Assembly: GCA_051294375.1 (NCBI GenBank)
Contig: CM119267.1
Coordinates: forward strand, 7,420,683 to 7,484,682
Length of the DNA: 64,000 nt
Direction of reading: 5' to 3'
Source of the DNA: Paraspadella gotoi
Taxonomy: Eukaryota > Animalia > Chaetognatha
Below the pieces are notes generated by a model. That model saw only the letters and a program-made list of their open reading frames with translations. It did not search any database and had not been told where the DNA came from. Position 1 is the first letter of the stretch; every line of letters starts with the position of its first letter. Both the position numbers and the translations under genes were made by a program. Of this stretch, positions 13,775 through 28,300 are shown piece by piece.

Positions 13775-16080
13775 TCACATTTTTTCCAATGGAGTCAGCC
13801 CCAGCAATTCCATTCCTTGAGCTAGTACGTGTTTGGCGCATCGGAAGAGAACGAGTCTCGATGTTCCAAGATCCGTGTTGACAAATGCTTTGACGGGCAT
13901 TGTTCTCCAGGCTTTGTTGCTGAGGTGCATAATTTCGTAAAGATAATGGACCAGAACCGCGGGTTCGTGCTCGTCTCGAGATTGCTTCAAAATATCGTCG
14001 AACGCCGCCAATCCCTGAAGTCAGTTTTAATTTTCTTTGTATGACGAAACAAAATTCATAAATGAATAAATCAGAAATATTGACGAGCCACCGCGCGTAA
14101 GCTTCTGCCTCTGACCTGAGCCAATCTGACAGCCTCGTCATTAGCGACGAGGTTATGGGCCGCATCCCGCCCGTCCATAGCTGGCGAACCAAAATTTCTT
14201 TGCAGCGAGCAGAGGCGCGCGTGGGCGTACTGCAACGTGACGCCGCTATGGGTCTTAAAGTTCAACGCCGCCTTCCAGTCAAACTTGTAATTAGCGGTCC
14301 TGCGTTTCTCCAAATCTTGTACGATGATAGCCCCAACGGCTAATCGTTCTGACACCTAACGGCAAAGTTGAAAGTCGAAAAATGAAATGATTTTGTTGAC
14401 TAAATATAAAAAAACCGTGAGAGAAAGTCCCGCACCTCATCGCGATTTTCGACCTTTGTGTTCGGAGACGAGTCAAGACTTTCCCGGACTCGTTTAAAAG
14501 CTTCTTCCAAAAGTTCATCCAGGGAAACTACGTTACCTTTCCTCGTACTCAATCCTGATCGGAGAAAGTAGAATCGCGTCATTTGCCTCCGACAACGACA
14601 ACAAAAATCAGGACTCGCCTATCACGTGACCAAAAGGTAAGTGTTGAATAATAGGAGAACCCTTCTCCTTCCACTCGGGATGCATCAATTTTAAAGTTTC
14701 GGTCAGGTTTTCGAAGTGAAACTTTTGCGCGTCGCCGACCAGATAGAACATTTTGTGGAACTGAAGAGAGGAGAGCCGTTCCTCCGCCGCCATCAAGTCG
14801 CGGGTCAAATAGAGGGACGACCCGTCGCTCTTAGCGATCGGCGCCGGCTGACGGCCCGAGGCGAATTCGACGATCAACGTTCCTGAGGACGAAAACTTAT
14901 CTCAACGAAAAAATAAATCAAAATACTGATGCGTCTGCGTCGACTAAACTTCTCCGCCCCACCAATCCATATCCGACCTTCCATTCCCTCCTTGTCGGAA
15001 ACTCGTACAAAGTTGTATTTTCGTTTCAACTCCCTCAAAAACTCTGAGCTTCTCCGTCCGTAATCGGACTCTCCGACGACGACGTCGAACTCGACGCCGA
15101 GTTTCTCGTAGACCCGCTTCAGTTCGGCGAGGGAAAGGCTTCGCAGGGCGGCCCAAAGTCTCAGCGCCTCCTCCTCCCCGTTCTCCATTCGAGAGAAAAA
15201 AGCGAGGGCGCGCCGCTTGACGTTTTCGTCGCGTTCCGCCTCGGCGTTGATGCGGACGTAAACGTCGAGAAGGTCGGCGAGCGGCCGGTCAGATGCCGCG
15301 ATCGCCGCCTCCACGTCGCCCAGAGGCTCGGCGCCGACGGCCAAGAGGCCGAACTGAGTTCCCCAATCCCCGAGATAATTGATCCTCGTCACTTCGTCAC
15401 CCAAAAATGAGTTGAGTTTCGAGAGGCAATTGCCTAAGATCGTTGACCGAAGGTGGCCGACGTGAAAGGGCTTGGCGATATTGGGAGAGCTGTACTCGAA
15501 AACGATTCGCTCAGGAATCGCGGGCTTAAAAACTTCATCGGCATATCGGCGGGCGTGGAGGGCACTGAAATGCCCGTATCGATTTTTGGGAGATAAAATG
15601 TCGTCGATGACGTTGGCCACGAGGAGATGCTTGTCGTATCGGAACAACAAAGACGAGTCCTCGTCGCCGAGCGGGTCGCCCGAGGCCAACTCGACTCCTT
15701 CGGAGACGAAAGCATCGAGATTTGCCGAGACGAGTCGCCGAAGTTCGACTCCCGGCGAAGACGACGAACCCTCCTCCTCCAGTAACACCTTCGTCTCGAG
15801 GAGACGATCGGCATCGATGGATAATTGCGCCAAGTTAGCCGGTTCATTGCGCTTCGCCTTTCTGGCAAGCAATATGAGTTCAAAATTGCATTGTAAACAA
15901 TATAGGTCAATGGTTAAAATGCTTTTAAGGGGCCCACCCTGCGGTGCCGAGGCGAACGATGCGAACCAGTGATGCAAGATTATCCTGGGAAAAGTTGGGA
16001 CCCGGACGCAGAGGGGAAGACGCTGAGTGGAAGGAATCGATAATGGCGCCAGCGACTTTTTGTCGCAACGAAGAAATCAT
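13775..16080 (-). CDS. RARS2: Mitochondrial arginyl-tRNA synthetase; 6 exons, one GC-AG intron (14555-14618)
   Basis: EYSSPNIAKPFHVGHLRSTILGN, RINYLGDWGTQFGLL, KSDGSSLYLTRDL, GLSTRKG, GVTLQYAHARLCSL and C-terminal GMELLGLTPLEKM. Confidence 0.95.
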
Positions 16081-16276
16081 CCCAGGAGAAGACGCTGGAA
16101 CCAAACTTAACTTTTAAAACACGTCTTTTTTATCTAGGACTCGGTTGCAGTTTAAAAAATTGAAGGGATTTCGACGAAAGAACATGGCATAACGGAAACG
16201 TTTATCGAAGTAGAAGGAACCGCTATAAAAATGGAAACAAAAAAAAGCTCGAACAAAATATTTAGTATTTTATATA

Positions 16277-19268
16277 TCACATCATGTCGAACAGATCATC
16301 ATCATCGTCATCTTTTTTCGTTTCCACGACCGTCTTTTGTTTTTCCTCTTCGAAAACGCTTCTCACTGATTCGGGATCGACGTCGGAATCCTCTGCTTCT
16401 CGACGCGAAATCAGATCTGAAACAAAAGATTTTTTTCAGATAATATTGCGTAAAAAAAAAAAGCGAATCACTAAGGACACACCGAGAGTTCCGTTCGCGG
16501 CCTCGACTTGCACCGCCCTCCAAAATTCAACGACTCCCTCTCCTCTTAATCGACTCTCCAACTTTCTCACGAAGTTGTTGTAGACGAGGCAGCGGCGTCG
16601 ACGCATTGCCTCGTGGCGCCCGCGGACAAGGCACTGGAGGGCGCGAGGAAAGAGGCTCGTACCGAGCGAGTCGATGGCCAATTGGAAGGAGACATTGAAA
16701 AGCTGAGAGAGATGAAAGTCGACGTCTTCGTCGGACGCAGCGCGGGAGATTAGATCTTCAAAATCGGCGACGGGATCGCGAGCGCCGATCGAGATCGCAA
16801 GAGGACGAGCGCCGGAACTCATTAAATCGGATACGCTGAATGCGGAGGCGAGGATGGAATAAAACCAGAGTGAAATTTAATTTAATTCGGCAATATTTCC
16901 CACCTTGTGATTCGATCGTCGAGCTTGGCTCTTTTAGCGCCGGGATCTCCGTCGCCTGCGACGTCAAAGACGTCGTCAGCTCGTCGCTTTTCCTTCTTCG
17001 ACGCCACTTTTTTGAGCGGAAACAAAGATTTGATCTTCGACAATACTTTCTTCGTTGAATCTGACGAAATCATCTCTGATCTAAAGGTAAAAGGAAATAC
17101 AGTGACTGATCCTCCTCGGCATCGGGCATTGAATAACAGATATACCGCGGATTCAAACTGAAGCCAGCTCTTTCGCCATCGTCATGGAAGGAAGGTAGAC
17201 CGGCGTCTGGATTTTGAACGCGGTGGCTAATGCACTGGTACATGCGTTGGAGGTAAGGGTTTAGCGTCAGTTCCGGTTGGAAATGATAAGTCCTTCCTTC
17301 ATCCTCATCGTCGGCGGCTAAGAAGAAATTGGAACGGAACGTTCCTCGTTTATGAGTTCCAACATTACGTAAAATAACTGTATTCCCGACTGACTCAAGT
17401 CGAAGGCATCCATGAGCCGACCGACGGCGTCCAACTGCTCTACGCTGGGCTCGAGTCGCTCCACCTCCAGTGATGGGAACTGGTAATCGCGAATGTCTTC
17501 GGAGAAGGGACAATTGACGAGGACGAGATGCTTAAAGTCGTCTCGGTCCACCGGGACGGCGAGAACCAAGCGGGGTTTGCTCCGAGCCTGATGGGAACCC
17601 AAAGAAGCTCAGTATCTATTTTTCTTCTCCATCTCGTAAACCTATTCCTCTTTCTTCTCGCATTAATTGCGTCACCTGATAAACGAAGCGCAAAATCATA
17701 GCGACGTTTTGCTCGAGCATGGATTCGACGAGGGCTCGGTAAGAGACGGCCGCCGTCTCGTCGTCTTTCCGGGGAAGGACGACTTTGACGCTGTCTCCGG
17801 TCCAAACAAAGGAAGGGACGTGGGTCGTCTCGTCCAACTTGGTGAATCCCAAGAGTCTGAGACATTTCTCCCCCGCTTTGAAGCGCATGGCGTCGAGCTC
17901 GTCGTCCGTGATGGGGACGAGACGTGAGCCGTACGACCACATCTTGACTCGGTCCTCCTTTGCCACTTCGTCGCGAGTCTCGTTGTTTAACACGTAGGAC
18001 GTCTCTTTCTGGTTTTAGTAGGAGCAGACGAAATTATAATCGATTGTATTCATTGGTAAAACTACGTTAAGTATCAATGAAAACCGACCTCGATAACTTG
18101 GTCAGGATCTCGAGCGTAAAAATCCTTCCAAGGTCTCCCGTCGTTGACTTTCGTTTTGGCAACGTTGGTAAACAAGGAGACCGAGATTTGAAAAGAAGAC
18201 CCCATTTCTGGTTAACGGAAAAAAATAGTGTCGCGGTTAAAAAATTAGAATAGGGACAATTTATATAGTTTTCCGTTTTACCCAAAACGTAATGCATCGG
18301 TCGCGGCTGCTTCATCCGCGACTGGAAATTAGATATCAAAGACGCGATGTCGTCGAAGTGCCACGTTCCACCCGAAACCCCTCTTTCCAACATTTCCTGG
18401 ATCATGCCCTCATTGGCCCTCTGGTCCTGAGTCTTGACCTTGCCCTTCCACGTTCTCGTGCCCTGACTATCGTCGGGCGAGTCGAACTGCGGTCCGATGA
18501 CCTTGAGATCGACGCGAAGCTTCTTGAGGCCAGGAATAACCCGATCCAGCTGGTCGTCGCCGAAGTGGGCCGTTAAATTGGAGAAAACGACCACGTCACA
18601 GGCGAATTGTTTTTTTGGGCCGGCCAATTCTTGCGCCTGATTTGTGAATAGGTCTTTTCGATAACTCAATCGCATTTAGATTACGTATAAAGTAGTGAGA
18701 AATAGGAATTCTGGCCACTCACTCGGTGCAATTGATCGACGGCCACGATGATGGCCTCGAGGAAATCTCCTTCACACTCCGACATGGGAAGGCCGTTAGT
18801 TACGTGATCCACTAACTCCCACGAGGCAGGCGCTAAACCTCGAGACACCTTTATGTGTCTTGAATTTTAAATGTAAATAATCCACAGTAACAATTATGTA
18901 ATGATTTAAAAACCCCTAAGACATAAGTACCGATAGGAATCCCCGCCCTGCTCCTCGGCCAAAGGATTGTCGGTATCATCTGTGCCGAAGAGGACGAGGC
19001 AGACTTCGCTTTTGGTGTTGACGCTTTTTCTTTCTTCCGAGAAAATCTTTCTTTGTGACGGAAAAGAGGAAAGAAAATGTTTTAAGTATTGGCTCTCATT
19101 TTGTTTTTTAGGAAAACTGTGCTGTCACCTTTGCAGCACCATGCCGAGATCACCCACGGTTTTCTGCAAGGGAGTGGGATCCCCCGGCTCGCCGCCGGGA
19201 TCCGCCTCTCGCATGCCGGGGCCGACGTCGACCACGAAGGCCGTCAGTCTTTTCGGACCCGACGCCAT
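16277..19268 (-). CDS. XRCC5: Ku80 (X-ray repair cross-complementing 5); ~11 exons
   Basis: vWA N-terminus AFVVDVGPGM, EVCLVLFGTDDTDNPL and GDFLEAIIVAVD. Core YGSRLVP, EKCLRLLGF, PFSEDIRDYQFPSL and NPYLQRMYQCISHR. C-terminal DDDDLFDMM* resembles the DNA-PKcs-binding motif. Confidence 0.93.
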
Positions 19269-19659
19269 TTTGTCTAAGCGATATTTGATGTTGCAACGAA
19301 AAGCCGTTTACATTTTCTAGTCAAATGTAATGCTTAATTAAAAATACGAGTACGAACATGGCTACTATGTTATTTCACAACTTAGAAAAAAATATGAATT
19401 GATCACTTGTGGCAACACACTACCGTAAATTATAAATAATATCTCGAAAAGGCGTCAATTTATTAAAGTCGCCAAGAAAAACCTAATTAAATTTAAAACA
19501 TATCACAGCTTGAACAATCAGATCAAAATCAAAAAAGTTATGGTCGACGACTAGAGTCCAGGAAAATATGACTACATAACCCTGCTATGTAACGACATAT
19601 ATAAAGATAACCAATTTTTAACAAAATATTGCCTTTCCTATGCCTCGCTAACAAAAAGA

Positions 19660-22600
19660 CTAGAATGAAAATTCGGCAACTTGTTTCGGAGAGCAAGTCT
19701 TCCCAAACCGCTCGACTCTTCCTTCCTTCATGACGAGCGTTTTATCAAAATCCCCGATGTCGTCCACTCTGTGCGAAATGCAGAGAAGCGTCCCTCCGCC
19801 GCGTTCTCGGCGAATCAACTTCTGCAGCAGCCTATCGGTGCCAAGGTCGACGCTGGCGGTGGCTTCGTCCACGCAGAGAATTTTCGGCTGACGACGAAGA
19901 GCGCGGGCGAGACCTAACAATTGCTTTTGTCCCGCGGAGAAGGAGGAAGGGCAGAGTGGAGCGTCGAGGCCACCCAACGAAGTCACCACGTCCCTCAATT
20001 GGCAGCGGGCAAGAATGTCCTGCAACGCTTCGTCGTCGTCGTCGTCATCTGTCGCCATTGTTTCCGGGATCAAGTTCTCTCGGATACTGCCAGTGAAAAG
20101 TAGCGGATCTTGTGGCACGACGGCAATACGTCGTCGAAGGACGTTAAGGGGAATGTCTCGCACGTCGACTCCGTCCACAAGAATTCGACCGCCGACCATC
20201 GGGTGCGTCCGCAACATCGCCGCCAACAAAGAACTCTTACCGCTGCCAGTACGTCCGCTGATGCCAACAGTCTCGCCAGCGAGGGCGGCGAAGGAGACAC
20301 GGTTCAATGCCAATCGATTTCCAGTGGGATAAGCTAGGGAGACATCCTCAAAAACGACCGTGCCACTCGTCGGCCACGAAGGATCAAAGGTGGAGCAGGT
20401 GATGGGCGAAGACGAACTTGTCGGGGAAATTTGTTCGGTCGGAATGTTCTCGACGTAGTCCACGACGCGTTCCACGCTGATCATCTCTTTTTCCGTTTCC
20501 GTGAAGGATGAGACGACACCAGAAAGTCGCTCCTGGACGGAAAGAACGTATGAAATAGCGAGCCCGATCACGGCTGGGGACGCCAACGACGTGGCGAAGT
20601 AGTGATGTTCCAAGATCGCAGCCAAAGAGGCGCCGAAAACGACGACGACGCCGATCGCCTGGAGGTTAAAGTTAAGCCACAGGGCCACAATCAGCTGAGA
20701 GTATTGCGCTTTTAGATTTTCTCGAACAAAGTCAAGGTTTTCTCCGACGAATCGGCTTCGCTCCCCCATGGCGCGGATGATCGCGGCACCTTCCAGCGAC
20801 GACGTGAAATGGGCGTAAATGGGCGAAAGGGTTACCGATGCCAGTCGCTTGACCTCTCGCGACGTGTGGCGGTAAAAGTTTTGAACGCGTAAGTAAACCG
20901 CGCCGATGGGGACTATAAGTGTCAGAAACAATGGAAGGCTGCAGCAGACGACGACGACGACGCCAGCCAAGCCGAACGCCTGTGCCAAGAAAATGTTTAG
21001 AATGAAAGGCAATGAAGCGTCGATCGAATAAAGGTCTGACGAGAACCGGTTCAGGACGCGCCCAGCCGGAGTCGACTCAAAGAAAGTCAAAGGCGCTGAA
21101 AACAAGCTCCGCGCCAGGCGATCGTGAAGAGTTCGAGCCGCGACCACACCGCCGTATGCGAAAAGGAAAGCGCGAACGAGAGTGACGATTAGATTGAAGG
21201 CGCCGATAATTCCGTAGACCATAAGAAGAAGGGAAACGCCATAACTCGGTGAATTTAAAGATAAAGTATCCAAGGAAGAGTGGGATATCCAACCCGAAGA
21301 ACCGAGCGTCAGGCTAGGAAACGAATCTTCGGTCCACCGCGTTGCGTTTCCACCAGAGTGCCCAGAGTCATTCGAATACCTTTCCGCCCAATAGGACAAC
21401 CACCAATCTGAGACATTTTTCGACGACTGCATCAAAAAGAGAGAGATTAAAATGGAGATCGAGATTGCTTGCCCAATAGCTAGCCAGTAAGATCTGTAAA
21501 CGCGTCCGCCCACCACGCCCGTCTCGCGTCTCTCGGCGGCTTCGACTTCCGTCGCCCAACCGGACACTTGAAGAGATTTCCCGGCGCAGTCCTCTTCAGC
21601 AGATTCGTCGGTCTTTCGTCGTTCTTTAATCACGAGGTCGAGAACTTCCGACGGCCGCCCTTGACGCTCTATTGCTCCGTCTTTGAGGACGACGACCCAA
21701 TCGGCGATGTCCCCCGATTCCCGCGTCGCAAACAACTCGGCGCCATAGTGTGAAGCTACAACCACAGTGGCCGCGTCTTTCAGCAGCTTCAAAAAGACGT
21801 TCTTCCAAATTTCTTCGCGAACCTTCCTGTCCAGAGCAGAGAAAGGACAGTCCAAAACGTAAAATGATTTTTTAGCGTAGATGGCGCGGGCCAGAGCGAG
21901 TCGTTGTTTTTGTCCGCCGCTCAAAGACATTCCTTTTTGTCCGACGTTAGTTTTGTCACGCTGGGGAAAGGAGGCCACGTCCTCGGTGAGGCAGCAGGCG
22001 TCGAGGACGATGCGATACCAGGTTCGATCCATCGGACGTCCAAACAGCACATTCTCCTCCACGGTGCCGCGCGGTATCCAAGCTTGCTGAGGGAGAAAAG
22101 CGATTCCATCGTCGGCGTTCCAATTTCGATGAATTTCGCCACCTTCTTGATTCATCTCGCCAATGAGTGCGTGGAGCAATGACGATTTGCCTGAACCCAC
22201 TCTGCCAACCACGCCGACCAAAGTCTTTGAAGATACTGTCAATGTCAAACCTCGGAGACGAAATCCGTTGTCATCCATGAGAGACCAGGAAAAGTCGGTA
22301 TCGGTCATAACTACAAGGGGCCCCGATTCATTAGTAGTCGTCATCATTGAGTCATCACTCCAATCTCGGCAAAACTGGAGATCCATGAGCCGCTGGACCC
22401 GCTTCAAGGAGACCCAGGCATCAACGAGGCCATTTATGACCCACGGCATCGCATTCAAAGGTCCGATCAGCATGTTGAAGAGAGCGAGAGAAGTGAAGAT
22501 CTTCGCGGCGGTCAACGTCGACGACGAGTAGATAAAGCAGTAGGTCAAAAACGACAGAAGCGTAATCATCACCGGCGTTGACGCCCAGAAAAACACGCAC

Positions 22601-24600
22601 GCCGCGTCCAAATACTTAATGCCCTTAAGGTTCCTCAACTCTGCCTCACGATGTCGTCGAATTCTGGCGTCGAAGGCAAATTCCAGTCCGGAAAACTTGA
22701 TGGCCCTGACTCCGTCGAGGATCTCCGACATCAGTTTTATCCTCTCGTCCTTACACGCCATCATGGCGGCGCTAAACGCAAGAATTTTGTCGCACAGCAC
22801 TTTGTTGACTGGGATGAGGAGAAGAGCGAATGCGAGACCGGCGAGAAATGCGAGATAGATTTGTTCGTAGAGAAGATAGAGGGCGATGCTGATCTGCAGC
22901 GGCATCGACCACGCCGCGTGGAACGAGTCGCAAAAGTTAACTATCCTGTCAACGTCCGTCGACATGGCGTTGACGATCTCGCCGGTGCTGAGACCCGACG
23001 TCACCAAGGACGCAGTTGACCACCCAAGTGCGCGGTCATACACAAGAGTCACCAACGCCGCGCGAATGCGAAGCCGAATCTTGCCGACGACCAGCTGGAA
23101 CTGGGCGCCGACGAGCGCACCTGTCGCCGTCGTCGTTAGAAAAGCCACGGCGTAACCGTAACCTCGTGACTCGGGCGCTGATTTATCCCCCATGAAGTCG
23201 ATGAGGGCATGGAGAAGAAGAGGTCCGGAGAAGGCAAGAAGGTCAACGAAGAGTTTCAAAAGACCGACTGAAAAGTACAGGGTTCCGAACTGGCGAACGA
23301 GGGCTCCGAAAAGAGAAATCCGGACGATGGGCTCCGGCGTGGCGTCGTCTTTGGCGCCGACGGAGCCGGGAGAGAGTCGCTCACGCAAATCCCGGGATAA
23401 TCGGGAAACCGAAATGCTAGTCGGGAGAGGGTAGAGGTCAGTGTTTTCGGAAATGTGTCCATTCGCGCCGTCTCGAAGGAGAGGGTAGACCCAACAAAAA
23501 AAGGTTCTAGAAAAGATGCCGGCGTCGTCTTCCGGTTGGACGCCAGACGCAGGACGACGATCAACGATGCTGATAGAGAGATCTTCGTTGATGAGGGGAT
23601 TCAAATCAGTCAAGTCGCTGGTGTGACGGAGCTGCAATAAAAGCGGAAGGATTGAGATTAAATATTTTTTTTAATTAATATAAAATAACGCAAAAGGACC
23701 AATCGATTAAAATTAATTAGAAAATATATCAACGGTTTGTTAAACAGGAAAAGCAATAATCACGACATTGTATGCGTAACGTCAACGTTATTTCACCTGC
23801 GCGATGCGTCGGGCAATGAAGGTGCCAATTAAGGAAGTCGCGTATACGAGATGAGTGACGCAGATGAAGACGTGAACGATGGATTCGGCGAGTTTGGGTC
23901 GCGAAGGGGGATCGTCGGATAAGGAGATCAAATACGCCACAGCCCGACGAGCTGAAATTGAGGTTTAAACGGTAAGATTAATCCATCCAAGGCCCAATTA
24001 ATTACAAACCGTTCCACTAAACGCTTAACTCAAATTAAATAATTTTCTCGAAAATTGCTCAAACAGTTCTCCATTCATTATTATCTAATTATCCTACACA
24101 TCCTACACATCTTTGGAACACTGACCTTGTAGCGCCTGAGGAAATAAGATGGTGAGATAGGCGACTCCCATAACGACATCGGCAGCGACTTTTATTCTGA
24201 CTACGTTGGCGCGATGTCGTCGGCGGAACAACGCCGCCCCGTGTATGAGCCAAGATGACGCCACGACGACGAGCACGGCGACGTCGACTGGCGCCGGAAA
24301 CGATGACGCCGACTCGGAATCGAAAAACGCCGGGAGGGAAAAGAGGAAGAGAGAGAAGAGAAAAAGAACGAGGCAGCAGAGAAGACGAACCAAGAGGCAT
24401 CTGGAAGGGTCTCTACGCGAAGAGTCCAGCGAAATCCCGGCCAGGGCGCCGACGAAGTAGGCGGAGACGCAGCCCAGCAAAACGTGGCAGGGAACGATGA
24501 AGGCGATCTTGGTAAAGCAAATCCCGAAGTCTGCGGCGCTCGAGTTCCAAACCGGGATCGGCGAGGCCTCGACGCACAGTGAAGGGAGAAAAGGAGACAT
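19660..24600 (-). CDS. ABCC10: ABC transporter C family member 10 (MRP7)-like; 3 exons, last exon ~4 kb
   Basis: TMD0-TMD1-NBD1-TMD2-NBD2 layout. GEIVNAMSTDVDRIVNFCDSFHAAWS and KYLDAACVFFWA are ABCC10-type. Walker A GRVGSGKS and GRTGSGKS, LSGGQ, and NRFSSDLYSIDASLPFILNI. Confidence 0.92.
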
Positions 24601-25351
24601 CGTAGGCAGAGCGCCGGCGAAAGATCAGTGCTGGACGCCCTAATCTGAAAACGAAGGGCAAGAAGAATCCCCATCATTGGAACTCCATAGAAAAAAGCAG
24701 CATTGTAACAAATAGAGGAACTACGTATAAAGTATGGCGGATGCGTTATTTCTGGCATCGAATGAGTATTGAAAAATGAAATAAGAAAAAAGCTGAGTAT
24801 CGAATTTTAAGCTCGGAATCGAATCATCAATCAAAATACTTAATTCTCTGTTCATTAAAATTGTTAAGAATTTCGATATTTTTTCTTACAGACATACGCA
24901 AAAGGCATTTCCAAAAAAAAAAAAAAATTCGTGAGTTATATAAGAAATAATCATTCAAGATGAATTCAAGAGTCAAACGCATCGGTGAGAGACCATCAAC
25001 GTATTGATTGACGCGAAAATTCAGTAAAAGATAAAAATTAAAAATATAAAGACTTCAGTCAAAAATGCCTCGAGAATAAATACTGAAAATGCCAACAAGT
25101 AGAAAAAAAAAAGTCATTCTTCGATGCGGCTTACTCTTTGAAGGACAAATAAATTCACGGTCCAATTTAGGTAAAAGTTTAAATAATAATTATTTACGGT
25201 TTATGTGGATTCAATGATAGACGCCCAGCGTTATCATATCGTCCTAAAGTCAATAAGCGTTAACGATTAACCAAAAAAAGTGCGTTGATCCCCGAACTAC
25301 AAAAACCGTTAGGATTTGAAGATGAGGAAAAAGTAGCTCGTGGGTCAAAAA

Positions 25352-28300
25352 CTAGTCCCAAGGCTGACTATAGAGGCAGTTGCGACAAACGGCCGTTTGC
25401 TCTGGCAGGTAGTCCCGACAAGGGCAGAGGCGTTGTTCTCCGCGGATGGGAGTGGCCGAGCAAGAAAAAAGCAGAGGATCTCGCTGAAGGACGCAGACGC
25501 CAACTGCGGCGTTGAAGGCGGGAAAATGAAGGCCGTCGTCGAGGCGCATCGTGGCACAGTGAAGGCCGGCGCCAACGAACGCCATCTGTTCATTTATGAG
25601 CGGCAGGTAAGAGGACTCACAGATCAAGCCGGCCGAGTGGCAATAATCTAAACAGAAGTAATGAAAATTATTTTAATTTAATATTAAGAACGATTGTAGC
25701 TAATTGGAATAAAAACCTTTGCAATTTTGTTGCTCTGCCGCAAAACCGATGGTCATGGAGGATTGTGGAGGCCACGGAAGGATCGTGGGCGCGTCGACGA
25801 CACTCGAATCGACGACGTCGCAAAAGTTTTGATTCTCGACGAGAAGCGCGATGCGTTGCAGCATTCCGAGAGCCGTGAATTCGAAGGGTAAATGGGGCGA
25901 CACCTGAGGGAATCAAATCTAATCAGATCTTTTTTCTTCGGCCTCCCCCGATGGTCGACACCCCAAATCTCACCGTGGAGCGTTTGACTTTTTCCAGGGC
26001 CGCCTTCAATGCCTTCTCGTCGTCCACGTCGACGGTCATGACTAGAGGCTCCTTGACGAACTGCTCCGCGTAAGGATGCTGCGACGTCAGGTGTCGATTC
26101 GTAGGTTTTCCTTTGAAGAATTCCGTGTTGCTTCGACCGTGAGGCGGCGAGAATTTTGGGTTGAGAAAGATGGCCCCGTTGGCGATGGCCTCCAGGGCCG
26201 CGGGGCCTGGAAGATCATGGATAACGGGACAATGTTGTTCAGATGGAAATATAATAAATACATATTTAGTAAGAAGTATTGTCTTATCTATTAACTTCAC
26301 AAACAAACTGGTTGGTTCCGGCCAAATTCAATGGAGGTTCTACGTACCTTCGTAAGGGAATCCGAGGCCCACAAAAAGTTTGCTTCTTCTTAAGAGTTTC
26401 TGAAACTTCTCAGCGGAAAGGAGACCGTGGTTGACGACGAATTCCGGAAGTGGAGGCGCCGTCGCGGTCCCTTCGTCGGCGAATACCGTGCCGTGGACTT
26501 CTAGACCGGTATCATGGATCAACTGCAACAAAAAAGGCTTCAGTTGAGATATTTTGAGAAGCTAAAGAAGCTGAAGATATTGGGAGCCAGATTGTTCCCA
26601 TATCGAACAATAGCTGGGAAGATGCGAAAAGAGCCGTTATTTTAATTAATGCCCTTGGCATATATGGTTGACCTATTGATTTTTTTAAAAAGATATATGT
26701 AGCATTCCCAAAGAAATTTCCTAATGCTGCATGACTTTATAAATAGGTCAATAGACGAGTGAACACAGAACACGCAATGTGATGGATGCAATTTATTGAC
26801 CCAAAGAAGAAAGACTTCTAAATTCTAATGAATGAACAAAGGTCGGCTGAATACCTGAGTCGGTTTGATGGAAGATTCGTACTAGATTTTTTACCTAGAC
26901 AAACAGACTAACTATAATAGTCAATCAGCAATTCAGAAATCACGAACGCACCTTTGTTAGGGGGCACCTTCACAACTTAAATATTGTAAGAGTCTTCATA
27001 CGCCTTACTAGTTGGTCATCCGTGCCTGTGTAAAAGCTGAGACCAGACCCGTTTCCCAATATATTTAATCAGGAAAGTAAATACAATACAACAATCTGTC
27101 CCTGCCTCTTACAACATCAACAGACCTTAAGCAGACTCTCCTTGCCGATCCACATGCGCGGATCCTTTCCGTAGACGAGAGAAATGTTCTGCCGCCGCTC
27201 GCTCTCGAGCTCTTCGTTGAAGGAAGAGTTGTTGGGCGACTCGGAGACGAACCCCAGGAACGTGTTATCGGGCGTGTGAGGAAACATGGTGTAGAACTGT
27301 TTGAGATCAAGGTCGTGCTTGCCCCAAACCGTGTCGTAGCGCTTGATGTGAGCGCGAGACTTGGCCACCCACGCGTGAGAGTTGAAGGGCGCCTCGGTCC
27401 CGAACGAGTCCAATACGCGCAACCGACAAGAATACCTGGTGAGAAATGGTTTCGATCGGGAGTTTAAGCTTACATAGTTACTAATAATATCTATTTAGAT
27501 TCTGGAATGTTGGGCAACAAAGGATGTCCTCGCTTTCAATAAGGATACCATCTTTTGTTATTTTCTATTTCACTATTTTCCGTCTGATGTCGGAAAGCGC
27601 CATAAAAAAATTTTAACAAAAGAACATTCTTCAAACAGAGTATATTTTAAACGTCTTGCTCTATCTCTATTGAAAATTTGTCGAAAAAAAAATCTCACTC
27701 ACAATAAAATTTATAAAGCTAACTTTTACTTTCGCCGACCGCGGTTTTGGCGGATTTTGAAAAACCACTTAAAAATACTTATTTTTAAAAAATAAATTAA
27801 AAAAAAAATTACCTAATAACCCTAAACCCTCTTAACCCAAACCACCCCTAACCCTACCCTAAACCACCCTTAACCCTAACCCCTCCCTAACCCCGGTTAG
27901 CAAAAGTAAAAGTAACCCATTTATAAGTTGTTTACCAAATTGCTAGTAACCTTTTCTGATAACTTTTAATACCAAATTATTTTATTACTTTAAAGTTGAA
28001 TCCGTTTCCTAATCCCCACACCTTTTGTGCGCTTCCTTCAAGTGTTGTTTCAATTGCCTCAGCCCCGTAATGTCCGTGAATATCAAATCGATGTTGGAGG
28101 GGAGTTTCGGTGGACATCCCTGCCGCTTGGAGTGAGGGTCCTTTCTGAGGATGGCGACAAGGGCGTCGACCTTGGCGGCGATGACCACCTTGTGCCCGAG
28201 GAGGTAAAGGGCGGCGATGACGTCGCTCCACTGCACCAGCTCCCCCAGCGGGCCTCCTCGAAAGGCCATCTCTCCGAAGCGCCAATCCCGCTGAGACAAG

